From: Ignavibacteria bacterium
Lineage (GTDB): Bacteria > Bacteroidota > Ignavibacteria > UBA10030 > SZUA-254
Assembly (NCBI GenBank): GCA_016178595.1
Contig: JACOSY010000014.1
Location: forward strand, 4,256 to 68,255
Direction: 5' to 3'
Length of the DNA stretch: 64,000 bases
Position 1 is the stretch's first letter. Each line of letters starts with the position of its first letter. The notes below the pieces were generated by a model that was not told the DNA's origin, did not search any database, and saw nothing but the letters and a program-made list of their open reading frames with translations. Below are positions 18,641 through 29,006 of this stretch, piece after piece. A program made the translations under genes and the position numbers.

Positions 18641-19897
18641 ATGCAGCTCTTGAAGTGGCTATTTTTGGATTTGAATTCGTATTTTGCTTCGGTTGAACAG
18701 GAGTTACGTCCTGAACTGCGAAGTAAACCGGTTGGCGTAGTGCCCGTCATGGCCGATACGACATGCTGTATTGCGGCAAGCTATGAGGCGAAAGCCTTCG
18801 GTGTCAAGACCGGCACGATGGTTGCCGATGCGAAACGGTTGTGTCGCGATATTCAGCTCGTCGAAGCGCGGCACGAGGTGTACGTACATTACCACAATAA
18901 AATTGTGGAGGCAATAGACACGTGCCTGCCGATCGCGGCAGTTGTCTCCATCGATGAGATGGCATGTGAGCTTACGGGAAGTCAACAAGTTGTCGAGAAT
19001 GCGGTCGCTCTCTCGAAAAAAATCAAGACGAAGATTCGGGAGAACGTCGGCTCGACACTCCGCTGCTCAATCGGTTTGGCTCCCAATCGTTTTCTTGCGA
19101 AGGTCGGGAGCGACATGCAAAAACCGGATGGCTTAACAGTTATCCAACAAACCGACCTTCCCGATATTCTCTATACCTTGCAAACAAACGACTTTCCGGG
19201 AATCGGACGGCGCATGGAACGCAGACTGAAAAAGCACGGCGTCGATACTTCGAAACAACTTCTCGGGCTCTCCAAATCCGAGATGCAAACGATCTGGGGA
19301 GGAATTGTCGGTGAGCGTTTCTGGCGTTTGCTGCGCGGGGAAGATCTCGCCGAGCTCCACACGGAGCGGCGAACAGTCGGCCATTCCCATGTCCTCTCAC
19401 CAAACATGCGAACGATCGAGCGTGCTTTTCTTGTGTCACAAAAACTCGTGCACAAGGCAGCGGCACGTCTCCGGCGTTTACATTACTGGACGTGCCGGCT
19501 TTCCGTGTATGTTAGATTCATGGATAAGACTTCCTGGGGGGATGAAGTATGCATGATCGAATGCCAGGATACATTGACGATGTTGGAAGGACTGCAGCTC
19601 TTGTGGAAGAACATCCCCTCGAAAAAGCCGCTGGCAGTCGGCGTGACACTCTCGCATCTCATTCCGGATAATCTGCACGATTTTTCATTCTTCGATGAAG
19701 CAAAACGAACCCGTCTTGCGAAGGCGATGGACAAGCTGAATTACAAGTACGGTGCGAACCTTGTCCACTTTGGCGACATGGAATTAGTGAAAGCCGCGGC
19801 TCCAACGCGTATCGCATTCACGAGCATCCCGGACTTGGAAGACCTTGATCCACACTTCGTCCTCAAGCGCGGTCAAGGCGAAGTGTCCGGGCAATAG
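18641..19897 (+). CDS. Y-family DNA polymerase (DinB/UmuC-like)
   Basis: N-terminal LDLNSYFASVEQ. SIDE catalytic motif. Palm, fingers and little-finger length consistent (418 aa). Confidence 0.75.
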   Translation: MQLLKWLFLDLNSYFASVEQELRPELRSKPVGVVPVMADTTCCIAASYEAKAFGVKTGTMVADAKRLCRDIQLVEARHEVYVHYHNKIVEAIDTCLPIAAVVSIDEMACELTGSQQVVENAVALSKKIKTKIRENVGSTLRCSIGLAPNRFLAKVGSDMQKPDGLTVIQQTDLPDILYTLQTNDFPGIGRRMERRLKKHGVDTSKQLLGLSKSEMQTIWGGIVGERFWRLLRGEDLAELHTERRTVGHSHVLSPNMRTIERAFLVSQKLVHKAAARLRRLHYWTCRLSVYVRFMDKTSWGDEVCMIECQDTLTMLEGLQLLWKNIPSKKPLAVGVTLSHLIPDNLHDFSFFDEAKRTRLAKAMDKLNYKYGANLVHFGDMELVKAAAPTRIAFTSIPDLEDLDPHFVLKRGQGEVSGQ

Positions 19898-20092
19898 TCA
19901 CGAAAGAATTTCATAGTATCTCGAAACATCCATTTGGAAACTATCAGAATTAAGAGTATTTTGATATGCGATAGAACAGGATCGCAGGTCCCCCACCACC
20001 GTAGCTACCTACGACAGGAGTATATCGTCGTATGGCTCGCCGCAGGGGCGGGCACAAGTCACAATTCATTTCTCACACATTATGAGGTTCAT

Positions 20093-20452
20093 ATGAGGCT
20101 CTACGTAGGTAACTTGTCGCGCGACGTCAACGAAGACGATTTGCGCGAAACCTTCCAGGCATTCGGCAAGGTCGACGAGGTAGTCATTGTGAAGGATAAA
20201 TTCAACAGCGTTCCCAAGGGATTTGGCTTCGTCGAAATGCCCGACCAAACAGAAGCGCAGAAAGCCATCGACGAGCTGAGCGGAAAAGAATTGAAAGGCC
20301 GCTCGATCGATGTCAATGAAGCGAGGCCCAAGACCGATCGTCCGCGTGGCGGCGGCGGCGGTGGTGGTGGTTGGGGTGGTGGACGATCAGGCGGCGGAGG
20401 TCGTGGTGGACGATCAGGCGGCGGAGGTGGAGGTGGTGGTCGGCGCTGGTAA
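20093..20452 (+). CDS. Glycine-rich RNA-binding protein (single RRM)
   Basis: Start refined to MRLYVGNL (RNP2). RNP1 KGFGFVEM. C-terminal GGGGGG/RGG tail. Confidence 0.85.
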   Translation: MRLYVGNLSRDVNEDDLRETFQAFGKVDEVVIVKDKFNSVPKGFGFVEMPDQTEAQKAIDELSGKELKGRSIDVNEARPKTDRPRGGGGGGGGWGGGRSGGGGRGGRSGGGGGGGGRRW

Positions 20453-21309
20453 TGGAACGTTAAGCGCCAATCAACCCCATACATTCCCTTCACTTCGGGG
20501 CCGATGATTCCTCGCGGCAGACGCCGGCGGCGAATGGCGAACCACGCGAACGGACCAGTTGCAACCGTAGCAAATGCAAACCATGCAGCGGTCAAGTGCA
20601 CTGTGCAGGTAGCGAGCAAGCCAGTGAGAGCAAGGAGTATGCACAGTGCAGGCAGAAGAGTCATGGCGATCAATCCAGGAATTTGCAGCGGGATGCGGAA
20701 GGGGCGTCGTGAGTCGGGCATGTGTTTCCGCAGGGCAATCAGTGCAAAAAAACCCGGCATGAGTGCCGCGCCGTAAAGTGTCACATCGATAACAAACAGG
20801 TCGCCGAAATTCCAGAGCACCATAAAGCTGACGACCACAGCGCAGGTGAGAATAAAAACGTGCGGGACTTGTGAGATCGGATGAAGACGCTGCAATGAAG
20901 CGGGGAGAAGTCGGTCATCGGCCATCACTTTCGGTATGCGGCTGATGGCGAGGAGGATCGCGAGAAACAAACCGGGCGTACTTACCATACCGCCGGCCGA
21001 GAGTAATGCCCCAACCACCATCCACTCATGTGAAATCCCAGCGCCGGGAAGCCTCATCCTCAAGAGGGCAGAATGTGCGCTCGTAAGAATTGAACAGAAG
21101 TACATCGCGACGATCACGAGCAGCGCTCCTCCGATAGCAATGAAATATGAGCGTATCGGCGTCTCCACTTCTTCTGCGATTGTGAATGCGTTGTCCCACC
21201 CGAGAAAATTCCACATCACGTTGAACAATCCCATGCACACTGCAGCTAAACCCAGAGGAAGAAGTGGAGACGGCTGTACAGCCGTAACCGGATGATGTGA
21301 TGGAATCAT
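20101..21309 (-). pseudogene. APC-family amino-acid permease, N-terminally truncated fragment; ORF reads antisense through the RRM gene
   Basis: Only the C-terminal ~270 aa (about 6 TM helices) are present. The conserved NAFTIAEEVETP and ISRIPKVMADDRLLP motifs sit in that fragment. No room for an N-terminal half before the divergent gene at 21388. No stop until 20101, so it carries a 110-aa Pro-rich antisense tail. Confidence 0.45.
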
Positions 21310-21387
21310 CTCGTTTGCATCCGAACAGTTTTAGTGATACATTTTTGCCGAGTTAGATTCAGTTCCCCAGAAAAAGTGCAAGCGGTC

Positions 21388-21978
21388 ATGAGCTTCGAAA
21401 CAGTATCTCCATTACTCAGCATCGTCCTCGGTATTCTTCTGTTGGTCGCCGGCAGGAAATTGTATTGGCTGTCCGTTGGTGTGCTCGGGTTTTTGACGGG
21501 GATAATTCTTGCTGCACGTTTCTTTCCGGGACGTCCGGAATGGATGACGTACGTGATCGCGGGAGGGTTGGGGATTCTCGGGGCAGTTGCTGCCGTGGTT
21601 TTGCAGAAGATCGCCGTCGCAGCGCTCGGTTTTGTTGCCGGAGGATTCCTGCTCGTCAACATCACTGAAGGGCTTCATTGGACGACTACGGAATCCTTCT
21701 GGTTGCCTTTTCTGTTGGGAGGAGTTCTGGGAGCGATACTTCTCTCTCAGGTTTTCGACTGGGTGCTGATCATCGCTTCATCGATAACCGGAGCGTATTT
21801 GCTCGTGAAGGAAATACACATTGCCCACTCTTCGCAAATCGTCGTGCTTATCCTGCTCACAGTGATCGGAGTTCTTATTCAATCCCGCACGCGAGGAAAA
21901 AAACAGCCGCATGGAAGGAGAAAGAAGCAGCCATCACCAGCGAAGCGGAAGGCCGAGGAGGCGAAGGAGTCGGAGTGA
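21388..21978 (+). CDS. Hypothetical polytopic membrane protein with Lys-rich C-terminal tail
   Basis: Start refined to MSFETVSPLL. About 6 hydrophobic helices. KK-rich tail. Confidence 0.55.
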   Translation: MSFETVSPLLSIVLGILLLVAGRKLYWLSVGVLGFLTGIILAARFFPGRPEWMTYVIAGGLGILGAVAAVVLQKIAVAALGFVAGGFLLVNITEGLHWTTTESFWLPFLLGGVLGAILLSQVFDWVLIIASSITGAYLLVKEIHIAHSSQIVVLILLTVIGVLIQSRTRGKKQPHGRRKKQPSPAKRKAEEAKESE

Positions 21979-22193
21979 GGCAGAGAAAAGTTTGTTCACG
22001 GCTTAGGGAACCGTAAGACGCAGACGAGTTGGCGGGGGTATTCTTCTACCGGCTCGAAGTCGTACACTCGAGGAATCCCAAAAAACTTTTCCGGCAAGTG
22101 AGAAAGATGGCGTTATCGAGGTAACGTCCAGGGTTGACAAGAAACCCCAGCGGTGCTTTGCCGGGGTTTCGCATTGTATTCCATGTCGCTTCT

Positions 22194-24377
22194 TCATCGT
22201 GTGATAAGCATTTTCCGTGTTGCAGAGAATCTTCCCGCTTGCATCTGGAAAAAGTAAACTCCACTTGCCAAACCATTGGCGTCAAATTCGATGGTATGAT
22301 CTCCAGCTCTCTCAACTTCATCGACAAGAACGGCGAGCTCCCGGCCTAAGAGATCAAATATCCTAATCTGTACGTACTCCGACGTTGGCAGTGAGTACTC
22401 AATCCTTGTGAGCGGATTGCCCGGATTAGGATAATTCTGTTTGAGTTCGAAGGACGTGAGATTCTTCCCGGTACGAAGTGGCGCGGCAGAAGGAGGATTT
22501 GGGGGCACTTCACTCGTTGGAACGATTCTAATGGCATTCTTCTGCGATGTTCCTAAGGATGAGAGGATCAGTTGGCCATTCTGTGAAACTCTTACCCAAT
22601 ATGCCTTTCCCGGGTAGATGGTGTCAGTGACATAGTACCCGATCCCGTCATATCCGAAGAAATTCGATGTTACAATGCCCGGCGGTTGAGACGTGATGTG
22701 CGAGACCGGAAGTGCGGCGCTAATGGAGCCTATTATGTTCCAACCTATTGTGACCGCTTCTGTATCAACCGGAAGTGGCAACTCTGCCCGCAGGGCTATT
22801 TGCTCCGGTTGATCAAACTTCAACCAAAACCCCATCCCATGTGACAACGAAGGTTGAGGAACATATGTGCCACTGAATGTAAAGGCATTCGTTGCGGCAT
22901 GAGGGAACAGAGTCGATTTGTCTGCGCCAGAGATACGCAGAGGGAGGGAGAGCATGTTCCAATCCGACGAGACCTGCTGAGGAGATACCCACGTAGGATT
23001 TGTCGAGTCTCTGTTTCCCTTGGCATCCTCTGCGATGATGCTGTACCAGAGAAGAGACGGAACTGGTGACGTAGGAAGCGGTATTCTTCCTTCCCAGAAT
23101 GAATTGTAGTCACCGAGGGTTCCTCCAAGAGGTGTGAATATGTCTTCCTGAACGGTATCCTGCGGCAACTGGTATCGGATGATCGCCGAGGCATACGATG
23201 TGGAATCGTACAAGCTTGTGTTGACGACCAGAGTATCCAGTTCGATTGAGACGCTATCAGAGAGAATCTGTGGCTTATCGTTGTCCCCAAAGAAATAGAG
23301 TGTCGCATGTACAACCGTATCCCCAATCTGATAGTACCCAGTGGTGTCCGGCCCATCAACGACGATTTCCCCTGTAAACATCGTTTCACCGCGGCTCGGT
23401 ATGCCCGGGCAGTTGGCCGTATCATCGTACGATATTTGTAGTCCGAATGTCGTGTCTTCGAGAGGTATTGTGAACGGGATATCAATGGGGATTTGAGGTA
23501 TCGACGAAAAACAATTCCCATGCTCCAGCGGGACCTGAAGAATGAAAGGCGGTGCGTTCGGCAGGAGAAAAGTCAGTGTCGATCCCTCGATTGGGCTTTC
23601 CACGATTCCTCTCAGTCGGGCCTGCAGCACGCGAGGATAGCCCATCAAATACCAGTTTTGAATTGGGGCCAGAGCTAATTCTTTTCCTCCACTGTCCGGT
23701 TTAAGCGGAATTTTCCCTCCGGTCGCCATCCACCAGTTTGCGTAATCTCCGGGATTAGTTCCTTGGTCTGGGATGACATTAACATTTGGACCCGAGCCCG
23801 GACAATTGGCGCCGCCGAAATCTTTCCCCGGGGTGCCGATCAAGACATCCATGTAAAGACTGGCCGGGTCAGGTATATCTTTGATCGATCCATTCGATGC
23901 ATCACGCGTGCAGTCACAGATGACCTTCAGAGGGCCGCCGCCAGCGGCAATCGCTGGAACACGGAAGCATCCGAAGTAAAAACTTGGCGGCATATTCACT
24001 CCGTTAGCTAACGGGACGCAACTCCACTTCGGCAAGCCCGGCCCCGGTCCGGGTTCGTACTTCAATTGAACTCGCCTCCAATTCTTGGTTGGTGCGCCCT
24101 TCTTGTCAGTACGAATCATCCCGCAGAGCCAGAATTCGGGGGTCGCCATATTATTCTTTCGCGCGACCGTAACTTCGAGGCAGCGTGCCGTCCCTTTTCC
24201 TTTGACCATTTGTGACGTCAAGACTGCTCGCCAATCGATCGTCGTACCCCCCGCCCCCGGAATCTTGACATTCCCACGTGCACCGGGTGGACCTTGTTGA
24301 GAGAAAGAGAGAGATGCCGCCATGAGAAGACAAAGCACGACACTCCTCATCATGAAAAATATCTTGCACTGTTGCAT
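22194..24377 (-). CDS. Secreted protein with T9SS C-terminal sorting domain
   Basis: Signal peptide. C-terminal Por/T9SS CTD (NYPNPGNP...IRIFDLLGREL...GVYFFQMQ). The pre-CTD ~150-aa domain is shared with the protein at 45339-52355. Confidence 0.8.
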   Translation of the reverse strand: MQQCKIFFMMRSVVLCLLMAASLSFSQQGPPGARGNVKIPGAGGTTIDWRAVLTSQMVKGKGTARCLEVTVARKNNMATPEFWLCGMIRTDKKGAPTKNWRRVQLKYEPGPGPGLPKWSCVPLANGVNMPPSFYFGCFRVPAIAAGGGPLKVICDCTRDASNGSIKDIPDPASLYMDVLIGTPGKDFGGANCPGSGPNVNVIPDQGTNPGDYANWWMATGGKIPLKPDSGGKELALAPIQNWYLMGYPRVLQARLRGIVESPIEGSTLTFLLPNAPPFILQVPLEHGNCFSSIPQIPIDIPFTIPLEDTTFGLQISYDDTANCPGIPSRGETMFTGEIVVDGPDTTGYYQIGDTVVHATLYFFGDNDKPQILSDSVSIELDTLVVNTSLYDSTSYASAIIRYQLPQDTVQEDIFTPLGGTLGDYNSFWEGRIPLPTSPVPSLLWYSIIAEDAKGNRDSTNPTWVSPQQVSSDWNMLSLPLRISGADKSTLFPHAATNAFTFSGTYVPQPSLSHGMGFWLKFDQPEQIALRAELPLPVDTEAVTIGWNIIGSISAALPVSHITSQPPGIVTSNFFGYDGIGYYVTDTIYPGKAYWVRVSQNGQLILSSLGTSQKNAIRIVPTSEVPPNPPSAAPLRTGKNLTSFELKQNYPNPGNPLTRIEYSLPTSEYVQIRIFDLLGRELAVLVDEVERAGDHTIEFDANGLASGVYFFQMQAGRFSATRKMLITR

Positions 24378-25043
24378 GTTTGTTCCCTCCTTTAAGATGA
24401 ATGCCTTATGTGTATGCTGAACTTTTCCCCCGGAGCGCCTTCAATGAGATACAGTCAGGCGGTGGACGAATCACCAATGGTGATGAGAGAGAAATAATTG
24501 GTATCAGGTTCATGGCCGAGATCCGGAAAGTATGCGAGAGTAGACTCGCAAGATATATCTACGGTGAAAACGTTTCAGAGATGGGTGCGGAAAGAACCCG
24601 ATGAGGAGATAGCATAATACATTTGCGCACTGACTGACTCGTGGTCATTCGCTTCCTCAAAGCGAGGATATTTCCCTCGTCGCTGTGAGTCTTATGTCTC
24701 GGAGGGAATGATGACTTCCGATCCCGCGGCGCTGTTGCGGAACCAAACCAAGCGTGCCCCTATCCGTTCTAATGAATTGATCGGAATAAGTGGAATATAC
24801 ATTTGTACTCTTCGAAAGTCAAGTTCCTGGCGTATGAGCCATCGACTCATAAAAAAGGTAGCCGAACGGAGTCCGGAAAAGAGTTGTTGCATCATATATA
24901 TATATATGCAGCCATCTCAGTTTGTACTGAAACACGTTCCTTGACTTTCCTTCTGCTCTATAGTGAATGAGATATTAACGATGAAGGAACACCTGGCCAA
25001 ACGTATGTGGGCGTGAAGAAGATGTTATTGATGAAATAGTAAC

Positions 25044-25200
25044 CGAACTCACCTCGACGAGTCGAGTCGTCGACCTGTAGTCTCCCAAAGGGATCCCTTT
25101 GGGACCTCTCTAAAATTAGAGAGGGACGCGATCGCGCACCCCTTCTCTACTTGTAGAGAAGGGGTGGGGGATGAGTCCGATGAGAGCAAAGGCAAAGCCC
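25044..25200. repeat. Palindromic repeat element type B, copy 3 (extra hairpin), flanked by ~20-bp direct repeats
   Basis: tcccaaaggga/tccctttggga, cctctctaaaattagagagg and ccccttctctacttgtagagaagggg. Flanking direct repeats gatgttattgatgaaatag (25021-25039) and gatgttgttgatgaagtg (25215-25232). Confidence 0.65.
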
Positions 25201-25464
25201 AATCAGTGAACGAGATGTTGTTGATGAAGTGACGTTCCTCTCGCAACGGTCTTTGTGGCGGGTTCTGAAATAGAGATCGAAGCACAAAAGCCGTTCCGAA
25301 GAATCGAAACGGCTTTTTTAATAAACTACCCCGCCGCAGGCGGAGGGGTGATTGAAAAGAAGGGGATACGCTGGAGGAAGCAATGAGAATCGGTTTCTCA
25401 TGCTCCTCCGACCTTCGTCGGAATGGATGATGAGCCGCGGAGAAGACCGGCGACGAACCGGTCT

Positions 25465-26253
25465 CTACTTCTTGCTAAGAACCTTCGCAAACAACTTCTG
25501 CATCTCCGCCCACGACTTCTTGTCTGCATTCTCGTTGTACGCAATAGCCATGCTGAATTTCTTCCCCAAATCAGTGGCTCCGGGATTGGTGAAGCCATGT
25601 ATGGCGCCCGGGTAGTTGACGAAATGGAAGTCCGCACCCGCTGATTTCATCTCAGACTTGAACTTCTTAACATCATCTGCAGAGATGAACTTGTCGTCTG
25701 CGCCATTGCAAACGAGAATCTTCGCCTTCACCTTGCTTTTCTCTGCAGGATGTTGTGTTGCAAGACTGCCGTGGAAACTCACGACGGCTTTCAGATCGGT
25801 TCCTTCACGCGCCATCGTGAGCACAACGCCTCCTCCGAAACAATAACCGATCGCGGCAACCTGTGCTGGGTCGACGTGTTCATCCTTTTTAAGGAAATCC
25901 ATGGCAGCCATGAAACGCGCTTTCATGACGGACATGTTTTGCAATACTTCACCGGCAAATTTTCCGGCGTCGTCGGGATGGCTGGCTTGTTTACCGTTGC
26001 CGTACATGTCCACTGCAAGAGCGACATAGCCAAGTTCGGCGAGCATTTCGGCACGCTTGCGTGCATACTCGTTATGGCCCCACCATTCGTGCACCACGAG
26101 CACGCCGGGCCGTTTACCCTGAACGCCATCATCGTATGCGAGGTAGCCTTTCATGGTGAGGCTGTCGGCCGTATACTCGACCTCTTTTCCAACAACTCCT
26201 GCGCGCGCAACGACTGCTGCCATAATCATCAAAACAAAAAATGTTAAACGCAT
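25465..26253 (-). CDS. Dienelactone hydrolase family protein
   Basis: Signal peptide. Nucleophile elbow IGYCFGG. Catalytic-triad context typical of DLH. Confidence 0.8.
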   Translation of the reverse strand: MRLTFFVLMIMAAVVARAGVVGKEVEYTADSLTMKGYLAYDDGVQGKRPGVLVVHEWWGHNEYARKRAEMLAELGYVALAVDMYGNGKQASHPDDAGKFAGEVLQNMSVMKARFMAAMDFLKKDEHVDPAQVAAIGYCFGGGVVLTMAREGTDLKAVVSFHGSLATQHPAEKSKVKAKILVCNGADDKFISADDVKKFKSEMKSAGADFHFVNYPGAIHGFTNPGATDLGKKFSMAIAYNENADKKSWAEMQKLFAKVLSKK

Positions 26254-27005
26254 CCGGTGTATCTCCTTTCAATAAAGAGAGAAATGTTGAGAGATAACAG
26301 TGGAGTGGACACAATATAGGGAGTTTGTTATTGATGCGCAACAGGGTAGACGCTGCACTCCATCAAGTCAAATCCTTTCTCTATAACTTTTGCGGGGGAG
26401 ATAGCTGAAAAGAATTGTTCAGCAGTCTATGACGTTACATTTTTTCGATTTTTTAATGTAAGTACACTTGACACTATCGAATGAAGTAGGTACCTTATAG
26501 GTATCCTCGCGGTTGGTGAACGCGGACAGTTATCGGCAGGGATGCGAGGTAGCCAGCCTCAGAGGAATTGTCGCTGACTTATCAGAGTCAGGGCATCGAA
26601 CAAAGAGTTCTTGTTGAGAAACATACAAGGGATGTGCATGAGTGTTTCTTTGAGCGGCAAGATCACGGGAGAATTCGTATTTGCTCTCCTCGGCCTTATT
26701 GGCTTTGTTTCATTTCGCAGTACTACCATCCTCGCTGAAAACTCACAATGGATCGATCACACGTATCGTGTTCATGAAAAGAAAAACATGAAAGGTGTGG
26801 GTGAGGCTCCCACGTCGTTATCGTGCGCCTCCCCACGATGCGACCGCCGATCCCACACCGTTTATTAAAAGTGAAGAATGTATGACAAACGTCAAACATA
26901 ATTGGAGAATGACATGAGCCGGTGCACGAGAGTAACGGGTTGTCGGTATGAGAAGATACGTAGTGTCAAGAGCTATACTTTTCACAAATAACATTAGAGG
27001 ACATT

Positions 27006-29006
27006 ATGATACAAACAAACCTCTTTGATAGCACGAACGTTTTGTTGGACCGCTATCGAAGAGCAGCCGGACGTTCAACTGTTTCGGTTTTTACTCTCTT
27101 GTATCTCTTCGCGGGAGTTGTCGTAATGTCTCCCACGCTGATTGAAGCACAGGATTCGCTCTCGGTGCACGATACGCTTACGACGTCTGAACTCAAGAAG
27201 CGGAGCTTGGAAGAATTAATGGAGATGGATATAACCTCTGTGTCAAAACGGGCTGAACCTTTGTTTGAAGCTGCCGCGGCTGTTTATATTATCACCGCCG
27301 ATGATATCAAACGTTTCGGAGCGAAAAGCATACCGGAGGTACTGCGTCTTGCTCCAAACTTGCAGGTCGCACAAGTTGATTCACGTCAACGGGCAATTAG
27401 TGCACGAGGATTCAACAGTACGACATCCAATAAACTTCTCGTTCTCATCGACGGACGTTCCGTGTATACTCCTCTGTACTCTGGTGTGTTTTGGGATGCA
27501 CAAGATTTGTTCTTGCCGGATATCGAGCGAATCGAAGTCATTGCCGGACCCGGAGCGACACTGTGGGGCGCCAACGCTGTTAATGGCGTCATCAATATCA
27601 TTACCAAAAGTGCGAAAGAGACAAGCTCAAACACGCTGTTGCTTGAAGGTGGCGGCGGAACAGTTGAGCGGTTGTCCGGAGGCCTGCGCTACAGCAGTTC
27701 GATCGGGAGTGCTACTGACTATCGCATGTACGTGAAGTATTTCGACCGGGCGTCATCGAAATTTTCAAACGGGAACGAAGCCCAAGATGCATGGCACATG
27801 ACTCAGGGTGGATTTCGCATGGATGCGGACTTGACGGAAGGTAGCTTGCTGACGTTTCAGGGAGATATGTATGACGGAAAGGTTGACCAGCCAATTAACG
27901 ATGACTTAACTCTCACCGGGGGCAACATTCTCGCACGCTGGACACGATCCTTGGGCGAAAATTCTCAATTCCAACTTCAGTCATATTTCGATTACACGAA
28001 GCGAATCGTTCCCGGCACATTTACAGAGAACCTCGGCACACTTGATATAGACTTCCAGCATCAGTTTTCCCTCTTCTCGGGGAATAATCTTATCTGGGGA
28101 GTTAGCTATCGACGAGCAGATGATCGTGTCGGTAACACACCGGCGCTGGCGTTCTTGCCGCCGGATTTAGTAACCGAACTGTTCACAGGTTTTCTACAGG
28201 ATGAAGTGGCAATGACTCAGGAGGTCAAGCTGACCGTTGGCAGTAAGTTTGAACGTAATGATTTCTCCGGATATGAAATCCAGCCGAGTGCACGCATCGG
28301 ATGGTCAGTTGCCGATCGTCAATTCGTATGGGCTGCAGTTTCCCGTGCAGTGAGAACCCCGAGCAGAATCGATCGGGATTTCTTTGTTCCTAGTAGTCCC
28401 CCGTATTTACTTGTTGGGGGATCCAATTTTACGTCCGAGAAGCTGATTGCATACGAAGTGGGGTACCGAGTCCGGCCTCATCAGGACATCCTGATCAACA
28501 TTTCAACGTTCTACAACGTCTACGACGACCTACGTAGCCTCGAACCCGGTCCTCCATTTGTTTTGCAAAATGGTTTGGAGGGAACCACGTACGGGGCGCT
28601 ATTGGCCGTAAACTCCGACATCACATCCTGGTTACGCACCGGCGTGGGATATTGCTATCTAGAGAAAAAAATTAGTCTAAAGTCAACCAGCAAGGATATA
28701 AACAAAGGGGAGGGGGAAGGGAATGATCCCAAGCATCAACTTAAATTCAGTTCCGTGTTCCGGATTACCGAAAATTTGGAAGCCGATAGTTGGTTGATGT
28801 TTGTGGATAATCTCCCTAGCTCCAGTGCACCGGTCCCGGCGTTTGTTACGCTTGATCTGCGTATCGGCTGGAAACCTGTTGCTGATGTTGAAATTTCCTT
28901 GATCGGTCGGAATCTTTTGGCAGAACGCCACCCGGAATTTGGCGCCCCTGTAAACAGAAAAGAAGTCAGTCGCGAGTTCTTCGGGAGATTGACATGGAGC
29001 CGATAG
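27006..29006 (+). CDS. TonB-dependent outer-membrane receptor
   Basis: Plug domain (DITSVSKRAEPL..., AGPGATLWGANAVNGVINIITK). C-terminal beta-barrel. Confidence 0.85.
   Translation: MIQTNLFDSTNVLLDRYRRAAGRSTVSVFTLLYLFAGVVVMSPTLIEAQDSLSVHDTLTTSELKKRSLEELMEMDITSVSKRAEPLFEAAAAVYIITADDIKRFGAKSIPEVLRLAPNLQVAQVDSRQRAISARGFNSTTSNKLLVLIDGRSVYTPLYSGVFWDAQDLFLPDIERIEVIAGPGATLWGANAVNGVINIITKSAKETSSNTLLLEGGGGTVERLSGGLRYSSSIGSATDYRMYVKYFDRASSKFSNGNEAQDAWHMTQGGFRMDADLTEGSLLTFQGDMYDGKVDQPINDDLTLTGGNILARWTRSLGENSQFQLQSYFDYTKRIVPGTFTENLGTLDIDFQHQFSLFSGNNLIWGVSYRRADDRVGNTPALAFLPPDLVTELFTGFLQDEVAMTQEVKLTVGSKFERNDFSGYEIQPSARIGWSVADRQFVWAAVSRAVRTPSRIDRDFFVPSSPPYLLVGGSNFTSEKLIAYEVGYRVRPHQDILINISTFYNVYDDLRSLEPGPPFVLQNGLEGTTYGALLAVNSDITSWLRTGVGYCYLEKKISLKSTSKDINKGEGEGNDPKHQLKFSSVFRITENLEADSWLMFVDNLPSSSAPVPAFVTLDLRIGWKPVADVEISLIGRNLLAERHPEFGAPVNRKEVSREFFGRLTWSR

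Noticed and set aside
20340-20450. GGC/GGT trinucleotide-rich tract
   Set aside because: It is the glycine-rich C-terminal tail of the RRM RNA-binding protein, not a non-coding microsatellite.
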